Source: Acidobacteriota bacterium
GTDB taxonomy: Bacteria > Acidobacteriota > Thermoanaerobaculia > Thermoanaerobaculales > Sulfomarinibacteraceae
Direction: 5' to 3'
DNA: 64,000 nucleotides
NCBI GenBank assembly: GCA_024641545.1
Contig: JAHECW010000002.1
Location: 14,164-78,163, forward strand
Below are positions 21,705 to 32,340 of the stretch, piece after piece; positions within the stretch are counted from its first letter, which is position 1, and each line of letters begins with the position of its first letter. The position numbers and the translations under genes are program-made. The notes beneath the pieces were generated by a model. It searched no databases. It worked only from the letters and a program-made list of their open reading frames with translations, and was not told the origin of the DNA.

Positions 21705-22316
21705 CTAGTAGCGCCGCAGAAGACCGACCACGATGCCCTGAACGGTGACGGATTCGGCGGCGACGAGGATGGGTTCCATCTCCGAGTTGGCCGGCTGCAG
21801 CCTGATGGTTTCCGGGGTCTGACGATAGAGGCGTTTGAGCGTCACCTCTCCATCGACCATGGCGACCACCATGTCGCCGTCGGCGGCTTTGGCGGTTGAC
21901 CGTACGACGACCAGATCGCCGTCGTGGATGCCGTCCTCGATCATCGACTCGCCTCGGACCTTGAGAACAAAGTTGTCCCCCGGTTGGACGAAGTCCGGTG
22001 GCACCAAAATCGGCTCGGGGTCCGACACCGATTCAATCGGCGACCCGGCGGCGACTAAACCCAGCAAAGGAAGCTCGATCTCTCTCCGATCATCGTTCGG
22101 CGGTCGATGAGCCAGGACGAGACCACGTTTTTGATGCTTCTCACGGCGCAGAAAACCCTTGCGTTCGAGCAGGGCGATGTGCTTCTGCGCACTCGCGGTG
22201 GATGCGAAACCGAAGGCTTCCGAGATCTCTCTGAGGGTCGGCGCGACGCCGTTGTTTGCGAGCTTTCTCTCGATGTAATCGAGGACATCCCGCTGCCGCT
22301 CCGTGAGGTAGGTCAT
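21705..22316 (-). CDS. lexA: SOS repressor LexA
   Basis: wHTH 'PTLREISEAFGF', cleavage site 'VAAG', and catalytic 'RGESM' and 'EVTLKRL'. Confidence 0.93.
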   Translation of the reverse strand: MTYLTERQRDVLDYIERKLANNGVAPTLREISEAFGFASTASAQKHIALLERKGFLRREKHQKRGLVLAHRPPNDDRREIELPLLGLVAAGSPIESVSDPEPILVPPDFVQPGDNFVLKVRGESMIEDGIHDGDLVVVRSTAKAADGDMVVAMVDGEVTLKRLYRQTPETIRLQPANSEMEPILVAAESVTVQGIVVGLLRRY

Positions 22317-22337
22317 GATCCGGCTCTCCTCCTCCCC

Positions 22338-22366
22338 ACCATAGGTGACAATAAGGCGTAAGTCAA
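22338..22366 (-). promoter_or_regulatory. lexA promoter
   Basis: On the minus strand: TTGACT -17 nt- TATGGT, then GGAGGAGGAG (SD) before the ATG. Confidence 0.55.
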
Positions 22367-22371
22367 TGTCC

Positions 22372-22401
22372 AAAAAAAGGCGCACCGAAGTGCGCCCTTT
22401 T
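22372..22401 (-). terminator. Rho-independent terminator after tRNA-Pro (bidirectional shape)
   Basis: GGCGCAC-ttcg-GTGCGCC followed by T7 on the minus strand, with an A-run on the other side. Confidence 0.8.
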
Positions 22402-22416
22402 GCTCGAGATCACAAT

Positions 22417-22493
22417 TGGTCGGGGCGAGTGGACTTGAACCACCGGCCTCACGGTCCCGAACCGTGCGCTCTACCAGACTGAGCTACGCCCCG
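22417..22493 (-). tRNA. tRNA-Pro (anticodon CGG), CCA encoded
   Basis: Manual cloverleaf. Acceptor CGGGGCG/CGCCCCG, anticodon loop TTCGGGA, T-arm GGTGG-TTCAAGT-CCACT. Confidence 0.9.
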
Positions 22494-22551
22494 ACGGGCC
22501 GGAAGTCTAACCGAAGCCGACGTGAAACGCAATTGCTATTGGTCATGGTCA

Positions 22552-22581
22552 TTGACACCCTCCGTCCGAGACCGGTACGGT
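22552..22581 (+). promoter_or_regulatory. Candidate promoter of the NSS transporter gene
   Basis: TTGACA -18 nt- TACGGT, preceded by tandem TGGTCA TGGTCA. Confidence 0.4.
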
Positions 22582-22610
22582 TCCTGTTTCAGCATCGATT
22601 TGGGGGGTCC

Positions 22611-24005
22611 ATGGCGACATCTCGAGCGGAGTGGAGCGGCCGGATGGGTTTTGTTCTCGCGGCAGCGGGCAGCGCCATCGGCCTCGGAAACCTCTGGAAA
22701 TTCCCATACATCACCCTGGAGAATCACGGCGGGGCGTTCGTCCTGGTCTATCTCGCCGCGATCGCCGTGGTCGGTGCGCCCATCATGGCGGCGGAGATCC
22801 TCCTCGGTCGCAAGAGCCGGCGAAATGCGGTCGGCGCTTTTGCTCTGCTCGGTGCCGGAAAACCCGGCGGCGTCGTCTGGACGGCGATCGGCTATCTCGG
22901 AGTGACAACGGGGTTTATCGTTCTCTCGTATTACAGCGTGGTCGCCGGTTGGACGCTTCGCTACATCGTTCTCGCGTTTTCGGGCGCCCTCGGCGGGCTC
23001 GCCCACCACCCCGGGGCGCTCGAGTCGTTCTTCGGCGGTTTTCTCGCCGACCCGTGGGCGCAGATTCTCTGTCATACGCTCTTCATGGGCGCCACCGTCG
23101 GCGTCGTCTTCCTCGGCGTCGGCAAGGGGATCGAACGCGCGGCCAAGCTCTTGATGCCGCTTCTGTTCATGATTCTGGTGGTCCTGGCCGGCTACGTTGC
23201 AACGACCCCGGGGTTCGGCCGCGCCGTCGGCTTTCTCTTTCGTCCGACCTTCGCTGATCTCACCGCCGGCGGGGTGCTCGAGGCCCTGGGGCACTCATTC
23301 TTCACCCTCAGTCTCGGGATGGGCGCCATGCTCACCTATGGCAGCTACATGCGACGACGAGACTCCATCCCGCGCGCTGTTCTCACCATCTGTTTTCTCG
23401 ACACCTTCATCGCGATCATGGCGTGTGTGATCATGTTCTCGATCATCTTCAGCTTTGATTTCGAGGTCAGCAAGAGCTCGACGATTCTCTTCACCACGAT
23501 CCCGGTGATCTTCTACAAGCTCCCGGGCGGGGCGATGATCAGCGGGCTGTTTTATCTCCTGGTCGCCTTCGCCGCACTGTCGAGCACGATCAGCATTCTC
23601 GAGGTGGTCTCGAGTTATGCCATCGATGAGCTCGGCTGGGGGCGGCGGCGGGCCGCCCTGACAACCGGCGCCGCGATCTGGGTCTTCGGCTTTCTCTCCG
23701 CCCTCAGCGTCGGCGGCGTTGACGCCCTTTCCAAGATCAACCCCATCGGACGGGCATCCACCGCCGGTGTCTTCGGGACCCTCGACTACCTCGCGAGCAA
23801 CTGGTTTCTCCCCGTTGGCGGTCTCTTCATCGCCCTCTTCGCCGGCTGGATCCTGACCGCCGCGGAGAGTCGAGACGAGCTCGAAGAGGGGAACGGCCCC
23901 CTCGCCGGGTCCTTCGGCGCCTGGCGGTTTCTGATCCGTTTCGCCGCCCCGGCCGCGGTTGGGGCCATCATCGTCAGCGTGATCTTGGGGGCGGAATATC
24001 AGTGA
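22611..24005 (+). CDS. Sodium-dependent neurotransmitter:sodium symporter (NSS/SNF) family transporter
   Basis: Signature 'GLGNLWKFPY'. About 12 TM segments. The track ORF start (22416) overlaps tRNA-Pro, so ATG 22611 was chosen. Confidence 0.9.
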   Translation: MATSRAEWSGRMGFVLAAAGSAIGLGNLWKFPYITLENHGGAFVLVYLAAIAVVGAPIMAAEILLGRKSRRNAVGAFALLGAGKPGGVVWTAIGYLGVTTGFIVLSYYSVVAGWTLRYIVLAFSGALGGLAHHPGALESFFGGFLADPWAQILCHTLFMGATVGVVFLGVGKGIERAAKLLMPLLFMILVVLAGYVATTPGFGRAVGFLFRPTFADLTAGGVLEALGHSFFTLSLGMGAMLTYGSYMRRRDSIPRAVLTICFLDTFIAIMACVIMFSIIFSFDFEVSKSSTILFTTIPVIFYKLPGGAMISGLFYLLVAFAALSSTISILEVVSSYAIDELGWGRRRAALTTGAAIWVFGFLSALSVGGVDALSKINPIGRASTAGVFGTLDYLASNWFLPVGGLFIALFAGWILTAAESRDELEEGNGPLAGSFGAWRFLIRFAAPAAVGAIIVSVILGAEYQ

Positions 24006-24081
24006 GCGGTGCACCGGCCGGGATCGCGTCCGGGGCGGGGACGTTGACAGCACCAGGCTCGGAATCGCACCCCAGGAAATG

Positions 24082-24110
24082 AAAAACGGCGCCCCGGGGG
24101 GCGCCGTTTG
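24082..24110. terminator. Bidirectional rho-independent terminator
   Basis: AAAAA-CGGCGCCCC-gg-GGGGCGCCG-TTT between convergent genes. Confidence 0.75.
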
Positions 24111-24129
24111 GATTGGTGCGGGTCCGAGG

Positions 24130-24540
24130 TCAGTGGACGGTCTCTCCGCCCGCGACCTCGATCTCGGTCTCGGCGAGACGCACCGCGGTGGTGAGCTCGT
24201 CGAGCTCCTCGGCGGTGGCGTCTTTGAGCTTCTCCTGAGCCGCCTGGAGATGGCTCCTGGCGGCAGCGACATCGATGTCGCCCGGCGCCTCGGCGACGGT
24301 AGCCAGGACCGTGACGCGATCGGGCAGGACCTCCGCAAAGCCACCCTGGACGGCGTATCTGGTGACCTTGGAGCCGTCGAAGTAGGTCAGCGGGCCGGCG
24401 GCGAGAGAGGTCAGAAGCGGAATGTGGCCGGGCAGCACGCCCATCTCTCCGAGGGCGCCCGGGAGACGCACCTCGTCCACATCCACCTCCACCACACGGC
24501 GGCGCGGAGTCACGATTTCGAGGTGCAGACGATCGGCCAT
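24130..24540 (-). CDS. atpC: F1 ATP synthase epsilon
   Basis: Last gene of the F1 run. Typical N-terminal 'L.LEIVTP'. Confidence 0.92.
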   Translation of the reverse strand: MADRLHLEIVTPRRRVVEVDVDEVRLPGALGEMGVLPGHIPLLTSLAAGPLTYFDGSKVTRYAVQGGFAEVLPDRVTVLATVAEAPGDIDVAAARSHLQAAQEKLKDATAEELDELTTAVRLAETEIEVAGGETVH

Positions 24541-24541
24541 C

Positions 24542-25996
<1,455 letters not shown>

Positions 25997-26000
25997 CTAG

Positions 26001-26864
26001 TCAGTCACCGAGCGCTTGGGCGCCGGAAACAATCTCGATCAACTCCTTGGTGATGGCGGCCTGGCGGGTGCGGTTGTAAAGCATCGTCAGGGCGTCGATC
26101 ATCTCGCCGGCGTTCTTGGTGGCGGCTCCCATGGATGTCATCCGGGACGCCTGCTCGGCCGCGGCCGAGTCGTAGAGCACCGTCTGGACCTCGGTCTCGA
26201 CATAGGCCGGCAGCAAAGCGGCGAGCAGCCCCTCGGCGTTGGGCTCGTAAAGATAGTCGGTCCCTGCCTCCTCGGCGTTCGACTCGGCCGCAGGCGGCTG
26301 GATGGGCAGCAACTGCTCGATGGTGATCTCCTGCCGGAGAACACTGACAAACTTGTTGTAGGCGATCCACACCTCGTCCACCTGGCCCGAGGTGAACGCC
26401 TTCATGAACATGGCGCCGAGCCGCGGACCGTCGGCCGCGCTGAGCTGGTTCATGGTGTCCCGCTCTTGATGAACAACGGGAAATTCGCGGACACGGAAAT
26501 AGTCGGAAGCCTTGCGACCGATGACGACCAACTCGGCGTCGGGCCATCGCTTCTTCTTGAGGTCCCTCTCGATCTGGCGGAGCAGATTCGCGTTGAACGA
26601 GCCGCACAGTCCCTTGTCGGACGACACGACCACCAGCCAGATCCGGCCGCCCGAGCGCCGCTCGAGGAGCGGGTGGCTCTCTTCAGTTCGGTCGGCGACG
26701 TTGGCGAGCACCCTCGAAAGGGTGTCGGCGTAGGGCCGGGCGTTGGTCACCGCGTCCTGGGCACGCCGCAGCTTGGCAGCAGCCACCATTTTCATCGCCT
26801 TGGTGATCTGCTGCGTCCCCTTGACGGAGCGGATTCGACGGGTGAGATCTCTAGTGCTCGGCAA
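26001..26864 (-). CDS. atpG: F1 ATP synthase gamma
   Basis: Contains '[26 protein letters not shown]'. TTG start. Confidence 0.95.
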   Translation of the reverse strand: MPSTRDLTRRIRSVKGTQQITKAMKMVAAAKLRRAQDAVTNARPYADTLSRVLANVADRTEESHPLLERRSGGRIWLVVVSSDKGLCGSFNANLLRQIERDLKKKRWPDAELVVIGRKASDYFRVREFPVVHQERDTMNQLSAADGPRLGAMFMKAFTSGQVDEVWIAYNKFVSVLRQEITIEQLLPIQPPAAESNAEEAGTDYLYEPNAEGLLAALLPAYVETEVQTVLYDSAAAEQASRMTSMGAATKNAGEMIDALTMLYNRTRQAAITKELIEIVSGAQALGD

Positions 26865-28389
26865 GACCTGCCTCCGGGTATTCCTTCAGGAACAGATCCG
26901 CGGACTTCTTGATGAGGGCACCGAGCTTGTCGGCGTCATCGTCGTTCAGCGAGCCGGTCGTCGCGATGGCTGCGAGGATCTCGCCCCCCTCGGCCTCGAC
27001 AAAGCTGTGCATGTGGGGCTCGAATGCGCCGATGGCGGAGACCTTGAGCTTGTCCATATAACCCTTGGTGCCGGCGAACATGGAGACGACCTGATGACCC
27101 ACGGACAGCGGCACGAACTGACCCTGCTTGAGGATTTCGAGGAGCCGCTCGCCTCGTGCGAGCTGCCGCTGGGTCGCCTTGTCGAGATCGGAACCGAACT
27201 GGGCGAAGGCCGCGAGCTCACGGTACTGGGCGAGTTCGAGTCGCAGGGAACCGGCGATCTTCTTCATCGCTTTGATCTGAGCGTTGCCGCCGACGCGGCT
27301 GACCGAGAGACCGACGTTCACGGCCGGCCGCTGGCCGGCAAAGAAGAGGTCGCCCTCGAGGTAGATCTGGCCATCGGTGATGGAGATGACGTTGGTCGGG
27401 ATATAGGCCGACACGTCGCCCATCTGGGTCTCGATGACCGGCAATGAGGTCAGGCTGCCGCCACCGAGTTCATCGTTGAGCTTGGCGGCGCGCTCGAGCA
27501 GCCGCGAATGGAGATAGAAAACATCCCCGGGGTAGGCCTCACGACCCGGCGGCCGGCGGAGGAGGAGCGAGATCTCGCGGTAGGCCTGGGCGTGTTTGGT
27601 GAGGTCATCGTAGAAGTTCACCGCGTGTTGGCCGTTGTACATGAAGTACTCGCCGAGGGCGGCGCCGGCGTAGGGTGCGAGGTACTGCAGCGGCGCCGGC
27701 TCGGACGCGGTCGCCGAAACCACGATGGTGTGATCCATGGCGCCGTGCTTTTCAAGAGCGGCGATCACCTGCGCCACGGTCGAGGCCTTCTGGCCGATGG
27801 CGACATAGATGCAGACGTTGCCGGTGCCCTTCTGGTTGACGATGGCGTCGAGGATCACCGCGGTCTTCCCGGTCTGCCGGTCGCCGATGATGAGCTCGCG
27901 CTGACCGCGGCCGATGGGGATCATCGAGTCGATGGCCTTGATGCCGGTCTGCATCGGCTCTTTCACCGACTGCCGGGCGACAACGCCGGGGGCGGTCCGC
28001 TCGAGCGGATAGCGCTCGGAGGTGGCCACCGGGCCCTTGCCGTCAAGGGGCCGACCGAGGGGGTCGACCACGCGACCGACCATCTCCGGCCCAACCGGGA
28101 TGTCGAGAATCCGCTTGGTACGGCGAACCTCGTCACCCTCTTTGATGTGGTGCACCTCTCCCATGAGCACGGCGCCGACGTTGTCGTCCTCGAGGTTGAG
28201 GGCGAGACCGTAGACGTCGTGGGGAAGCTCGAGGAGCTCTCCCATCATGACCCCGTCGAGGCCATAGATACGGGCGATTCCGTCGCCGACGGAGATGACC
28301 GTTCCCACTTCCGACATGTCGATCGTGGTTTCCTGGCCTTCGATCTGGCGCCGGATGATATCGGCGATTTCGGCGGCTTTGATCTGCAT
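26851..28389 (-). CDS. atpA: F1 ATP synthase alpha
   Basis: Walker A 'GDRQTGKT'. Confidence 0.98.
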   Translation of the reverse strand: MQIKAAEIADIIRRQIEGQETTIDMSEVGTVISVGDGIARIYGLDGVMMGELLELPHDVYGLALNLEDDNVGAVLMGEVHHIKEGDEVRRTKRILDIPVGPEMVGRVVDPLGRPLDGKGPVATSERYPLERTAPGVVARQSVKEPMQTGIKAIDSMIPIGRGQRELIIGDRQTGKTAVILDAIVNQKGTGNVCIYVAIGQKASTVAQVIAALEKHGAMDHTIVVSATASEPAPLQYLAPYAGAALGEYFMYNGQHAVNFYDDLTKHAQAYREISLLLRRPPGREAYPGDVFYLHSRLLERAAKLNDELGGGSLTSLPVIETQMGDVSAYIPTNVISITDGQIYLEGDLFFAGQRPAVNVGLSVSRVGGNAQIKAMKKIAGSLRLELAQYRELAAFAQFGSDLDKATQRQLARGERLLEILKQGQFVPLSVGHQVVSMFAGTKGYMDKLKVSAIGAFEPHMHSFVEAEGGEILAAIATTGSLNDDDADKLGALIKKSADLFLKEYPEAGLAEH

Positions 28390-28393
28390 ATTG

Positions 28394-28951
28394 CTACCCC
28401 TGTTCGATGACGGTTTGCCGACTCAGCCGATCCACCTGTCCGACGAGAGACCCGTCGAAGACCTTTGAACCAACCTGGACTTTGAAGCCGGCGAGAAGCT
28501 CTGGGTTGTGGACGAAATCGGCGACCACGGTGGTCCCCATCACGGCGCTCATGACCTCGGCGATCCGACGGCGGTCGGCCTCGTCGTAGGTCGTGGCAAG
28601 CTCGACATGGGCCCTGGAACGACCGAGTTCGCGGTCGACCAGATCCCGATAGGTCGTGGCGATGTCGCGCATGTGCTGCATTCGGTAATGGTGCTGGACA
28701 ACGTGGCAGAAACGGCGGACGGGCTCGGTGATTCCGAGGCTGTCGAGAACCCTGTCGAGGATCACGGTCTTGGTCTCGGTGTCGACCATGGGCGTGACCA
28801 GCGCACGCTCGAAGTCGGGAACCGCTTCGAGCGCCGAGGCAACCCCGGCGAGCTCTTCGATCACGTTCTCCTTGCGCTCCGGACACTGTTCCTGAACCAC
28901 CTCGAAGAGCGCCTTGGCGTACGGCATGGCTCTGAATCGAGACATGGTCAC
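28394..28951 (-). CDS. atpH: ATP synthase delta (OSCP)
   Basis: Assigned by position and size. OSCP-like. Confidence 0.85.
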   Translation of the reverse strand: MTMSRFRAMPYAKALFEVVQEQCPERKENVIEELAGVASALEAVPDFERALVTPMVDTETKTVILDRVLDSLGITEPVRRFCHVVQHHYRMQHMRDIATTYRDLVDRELGRSRAHVELATTYDEADRRRIAEVMSAVMGTTVVADFVHNPELLAGFKVQVGSKVFDGSLVGQVDRLSRQTVIEQG

Positions 28952-29526
28952 TCCTTATCCGGGAGATTCTCGAGGGCGCCGAGGCTGCGGGCGAGCACCC
29001 GTTGCTGGTCCTCTTCGGTCATCGTCGAAGCCAACAGTTCCTTGGTCAACTGGGCGGTCAACTCCGCGGTGTCCCGGGCGAGTTGCTGGCGGGTTTCGGC
29101 CTGGCGTCGAGCGATCTGATCATCGACCCGGCGCATGAATCGCGCTTCGTCCTCCCGGGCCTGGGCGTCGATCTTCTCCGCCTCGCTCCGGCCGAGCGCT
29201 TCGGCCCGGCTCTGCATTTCGGCGACTTCTGCCTCGACCTTCTCGAGGCGCTCGCGAACCTCCGACCGGAGCCGCTCGGCTTCGGCCAGCTTGTTCTGGG
29301 CCTGAGCGAGCTCGGTCTTGATTTCGTCGCCGCGGGTGTCGAGGGACTGGGCGATGGGTTTCCCGACAAATCGGTTCAGGAGGAAGAGAAAAGCGGTGAG
29401 GTTGGCGGCGAGAAGAAGTCGCTTTGCGGTTCCGGGGAGAAACTCGGGGTTGCCCGGTTCGTCAATGAGGAAGGCGAGAATGGCAAAGACAACAAAGGCC
29501 AGAACCCAGAAGAGTTTGTCCTTCAC
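28948..29526 (-). CDS. atpF: ATP synthase subunit b
   Basis: Long charged coiled coil after N-terminal hydrophobic segments. GTG start sharing 1 nt with the b' stop. Confidence 0.8.
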   Translation of the reverse strand: MKDKLFWVLAFVVFAILAFLIDEPGNPEFLPGTAKRLLLAANLTAFLFLLNRFVGKPIAQSLDTRGDEIKTELAQAQNKLAEAERLRSEVRERLEKVEAEVAEMQSRAEALGRSEAEKIDAQAREDEARFMRRVDDQIARRQAETRQQLARDTAELTAQLTKELLASTMTEEDQQRVLARSLGALENLPDKE

Positions 29527-29954
29527 TAGGAAACCTCCCTGCCGAGGAGCCGAGTCGCGAAAACCCGAGCCAACTCGCCGGCCTTCACCTTGAGGTCGGC
29601 GCGGGCGGAGGTCGCCTCGGCATCGAGCACGTCCATCGCTTCGTCGAGCTTGCCGTCGGCCACCTGACGGGCCGTGGCGAGGATCGCCTGACGCCGATCG
29701 AGCGCCTGCTGTTGGAGGCCGTTTCGAACCCCGGCCGCCGCCTTTGCGGCCTCCCCGAGCTCCGCTTCGAGGCGAGCCGTCTCATCCAGGTATTCCCGGT
29801 GTTTCGACTGCCACTCGTTCTCCGCGCCCTCGATACGGCCGCGGCGCTCGGCGAGAACGGCACCCACCGGTTTGAGGAGGAATTTCTGGACCAACCAGAA
29901 GGTCAACCAGAAACACACCATGACGATAATCAGTGAAAAATTCGGAGGTTGCAT
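29526..29954 (-). CDS. ATP synthase subunit b'
   Basis: Single N-terminal TM 'FSLIIVMVCFWLTFWLV' plus a coiled coil. Start chosen at 'MQPPNF'. Confidence 0.72.
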   Translation of the reverse strand: MQPPNFSLIIVMVCFWLTFWLVQKFLLKPVGAVLAERRGRIEGAENEWQSKHREYLDETARLEAELGEAAKAAAGVRNGLQQQALDRRQAILATARQVADGKLDEAMDVLDAEATSARADLKVKAGELARVFATRLLGREVS

Positions 29955-30000
29955 CCGCGGCTCCTGGCCTTGGCACTCCCGCCTCTTTGCAGGGCGATTC

Positions 30001-30030
30001 AACCTACCGCAGGAAAAGACCCGGAGTCAA
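30001..30030 (-). promoter_or_regulatory. Candidate atp operon promoter with A-tract UP-like element
   Basis: On the minus strand: GAAAAAAAACTC-TTGACT -18 nt- TAGGTT. Confidence 0.5.
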
Positions 30031-30315
30031 GAGTTTTTTTTCACAAGGGCGGTTTCCTTTGGGTTTGAGTGGGGCCTTGTGGAACTTGAGTCCTGGAATC
30101 AGGGCGCTGGGCGCTTGCTGCTGGAGGGGAACAGCGGGCGGACAGGGGACGTTCTGGTGGCGACCGGGGCGCCAACCCCTGCTTCATCGTGCGTGGGTCG
30201 CCGATCCTCGGCGGATTGCGGTACCCGGCCAACGCTGATGCCGGTGGCGCCCGTGGCCGCCGGTGAAGAGAGCATCACGCTCGGGTACGAGCCGCTCGGT
30301 CCCCGGGGTCGCCCG

Positions 30316-30702
30316 TCAACTCTTACCGTTGCCCGCCTTGGCGGCCGGCGCCGGCGCTTTCTTTGCTCCCGCAGCCATGTCGACCTTGCCCTCGAGAAAG
30401 GCGCCGTCTTCCATGACCACCGCCGGGGCGTGGATTTCACCGAAGACCTTCGCGGAAGCATGCAGGACCACTTTTTCCGAGGCCTTGATCGTTCCCCGCA
30501 CCTGACCGCCGACAAGACAGCGGGCAACGTCGATTTCTCCTTCGACCGTTCCATCCTCACCGATGACCAGTTCGGATCGCGAGCGCACCGTGCCCTCCAC
30601 CAAACCGTCCACCCGGAACGAGTTCGAAAACTCGAGCTCGCCCTTGAGGGTGCACCCCGAGTCGATGAATCCATTGAGTGTTTCCGCCGAACGCACCATC
30701 AC
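30316..30702 (-). CDS. Bactofilin
   Basis: DUF583-type beta-helix repeats ('G.V.G.I......V.G.V.G'). Lys/Ala/Pro tail. ATGA overlap with parB. Confidence 0.85.
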   Translation of the reverse strand: MMVRSAETLNGFIDSGCTLKGELEFSNSFRVDGLVEGTVRSRSELVIGEDGTVEGEIDVARCLVGGQVRGTIKASEKVVLHASAKVFGEIHAPAVVMEDGAFLEGKVDMAAGAKKAPAPAAKAGNGKS

Positions 30703-31562
30703 TCACCCCCCATCAGGAGATCAAAAACCCGCATCAGCTCATCCGACTCGCCGCAGGTGATCACGATCGCGCCTCCGCTGTCCCGCCGGGGTCGGATCTC
30801 CACCGGCGCCCCCAGCCGCAGGCTCAGTCGTTCTTCGGCGGCAACGAGATTGGGGTCCTTGGCGGCCCGCTCCTTCTTGCCGGAACGCCGCCCCGTGGTC
30901 GTCTTCTTGCTGTCCGCCGCAACCCGTTCGAGATCGCGAACCGAGAGGCCGTCGGCCACCGTGCGCTCGGCCCATTCGCATTGGTCCCGCCCCTCGGGCA
31001 GGGCCAGCAGCGCCCGGCCGTGGCCGGCGCTCAACTGCCCCGTCTCCACCATCTCCTGGATCTTCTCCGGCAGGCGCAGGAGACGAAGGGCGTTGGCGAC
31101 CGTGCTCCGGTCGATACCGACCTGGTTGGCGATTTCCAGCTGGGAAAGACCGTGCTCGGATCTCAGATGCTCGAAGGCGCGGGCCTCCTCGAGGGCCGAC
31201 AGGTCGCGGCGCTGGAGGTTCTCCACCAGCGCGAGCGCGAGCTCGTCGCGGGCGCCGAGTCGCTCACGAATCACCGCCGGCACGGTCTTGAGCCCCGCCG
31301 CCCGGGCCGCGCGCCACCGCCGCTCACCGGCGATGACCAGATAGCCGCCGTCCCCGTCCTCGCTCACCAGCAGAGGCTGCAGAACCCCGTGGCGGAGAAC
31401 CGAGTCGGCGAGCTCGGCGATTCCGTCCTCTGCGAAGTGCTTGCGCGGCTGCTCGGGGTTGGGGCGGAGCCGATCCAGCGGAATCTCGGCAAGCCCGGAC
31501 CTGGCCTTGGGCGTGTCGGGGATCAGGGCCTTGAGCCCCCGGCCGAGCGCTTGCTTAGCCAT
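30699..31562 (-). CDS. parB: Chromosome partitioning protein ParB
   Basis: ParB box 'VIAGERRWRAA' and HTH 'LSQLEIANQVGIDRSTVANALRLL'. Confidence 0.95.
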   Translation of the reverse strand: MAKQALGRGLKALIPDTPKARSGLAEIPLDRLRPNPEQPRKHFAEDGIAELADSVLRHGVLQPLLVSEDGDGGYLVIAGERRWRAARAAGLKTVPAVIRERLGARDELALALVENLQRRDLSALEEARAFEHLRSEHGLSQLEIANQVGIDRSTVANALRLLRLPEKIQEMVETGQLSAGHGRALLALPEGRDQCEWAERTVADGLSVRDLERVAADSKKTTTGRRSGKKERAAKDPNLVAAEERLSLRLGAPVEIRPRRDSGGAIVITCGESDELMRVFDLLMGGE

Positions 31563-32340
31563 GATTCTCGCCCCTTCTCGTCAGATACTCACGGCCGAGC
31601 TCGAGGTACGCCTGCGCACCCTTGCTTCGCAGATCGTAGGCATGGATAGGGCGACCGAACGACGGCGCCTCGGCGAGCCGCACGTTACGCGGCACGACCG
31701 CCTCGAAGACCAAATCACCGAACACCGAACGCACCTCCTGAGCAACCTGCTGCGCCAGGTTGGTCCGATCATCGTACATGGTGAGCAGAACGCCATCGAT
31801 GGCCAGCTCCGGGTTGAGGAATCGGCGGACCTCATCCACCGTCTTGAGCAGATTCGACACACCCTCCATCGCGAAGTACTCGCACTGGATGGGAACCACC
31901 AGCGCATCCGCCGCGGCCAACCCGTTGACCGTCAACATACCGAGGGACGGCGGGCAGTCGACAAAGACGAACTCGCTTCCGGAAAAACCCGAAAACGCCT
32001 CGCGAAGCCGGAACTCGCGCCCAACCATGCCGACCAACTCGACCTCCGCACCGGCAAGCTCGGGGGTTGCCGGAACCAGGGAGAGATGGGGAAAAGCGGT
32101 CGGTCGAATCGCATCCATCAGCCGTTCCTGGCCGGTCAACACCTCATAGGTGGTCGGGACTCCGGCGGCGACGTCGACACCGAGCCCGGCGGTACAGTTG
32201 CCCTGGGGGTCGAGATCGATCAACAGCGTCCGCCTCTCGTAGGCCGCGAGCGCTGCTCCGAGGCTGATGGCGGTCGTGGTCTTGCCCACTCCGCCCTTCT
32301 GGTTGACGATGGCGACGACTCGATGTTTCACGTGGAACAC
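31555..32340 (-). CDS. parA: Chromosome partitioning ATPase ParA/Soj
   Basis: Deviant Walker A 'NQKGGVGKTT'. GTG start at 32340 (or 32331). The longer track ORF overlaps rsmG. Confidence 0.93.
   Translation of the reverse strand: MFHVKHRVVAIVNQKGGVGKTTTAISLGAALAAYERRTLLIDLDPQGNCTAGLGVDVAAGVPTTYEVLTGQERLMDAIRPTAFPHLSLVPATPELAGAEVELVGMVGREFRLREAFSGFSGSEFVFVDCPPSLGMLTVNGLAAADALVVPIQCEYFAMEGVSNLLKTVDEVRRFLNPELAIDGVLLTMYDDRTNLAQQVAQEVRSVFGDLVFEAVVPRNVRLAEAPSFGRPIHAYDLRSKGAQAYLELGREYLTRRGENHG
32324..32339. promoter_or_regulatory. parS: parS centromere site
   Basis: TGTTTCACGTGGAACA is an exact match to the reverse complement of the canonical TGTTCCACGTGAAACA. Confidence 0.9.

Noticed and set aside
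22514-22529. parS half-site ...GACGTGAAACGC upstream of the transporter gene
   Set aside because: The right half matches only approximately and the left half does not match. It is not a palindrome.
30100-30150. GCTGCTGGAGGGGAACAGCGGG, vaguely like the SRP RNA domain IV 'GGAAGGAAGCAGC'
   Set aside because: The highly conserved GGTCCGGAAGGAAGCAGCC and the GNRA-loop context are absent on both strands.
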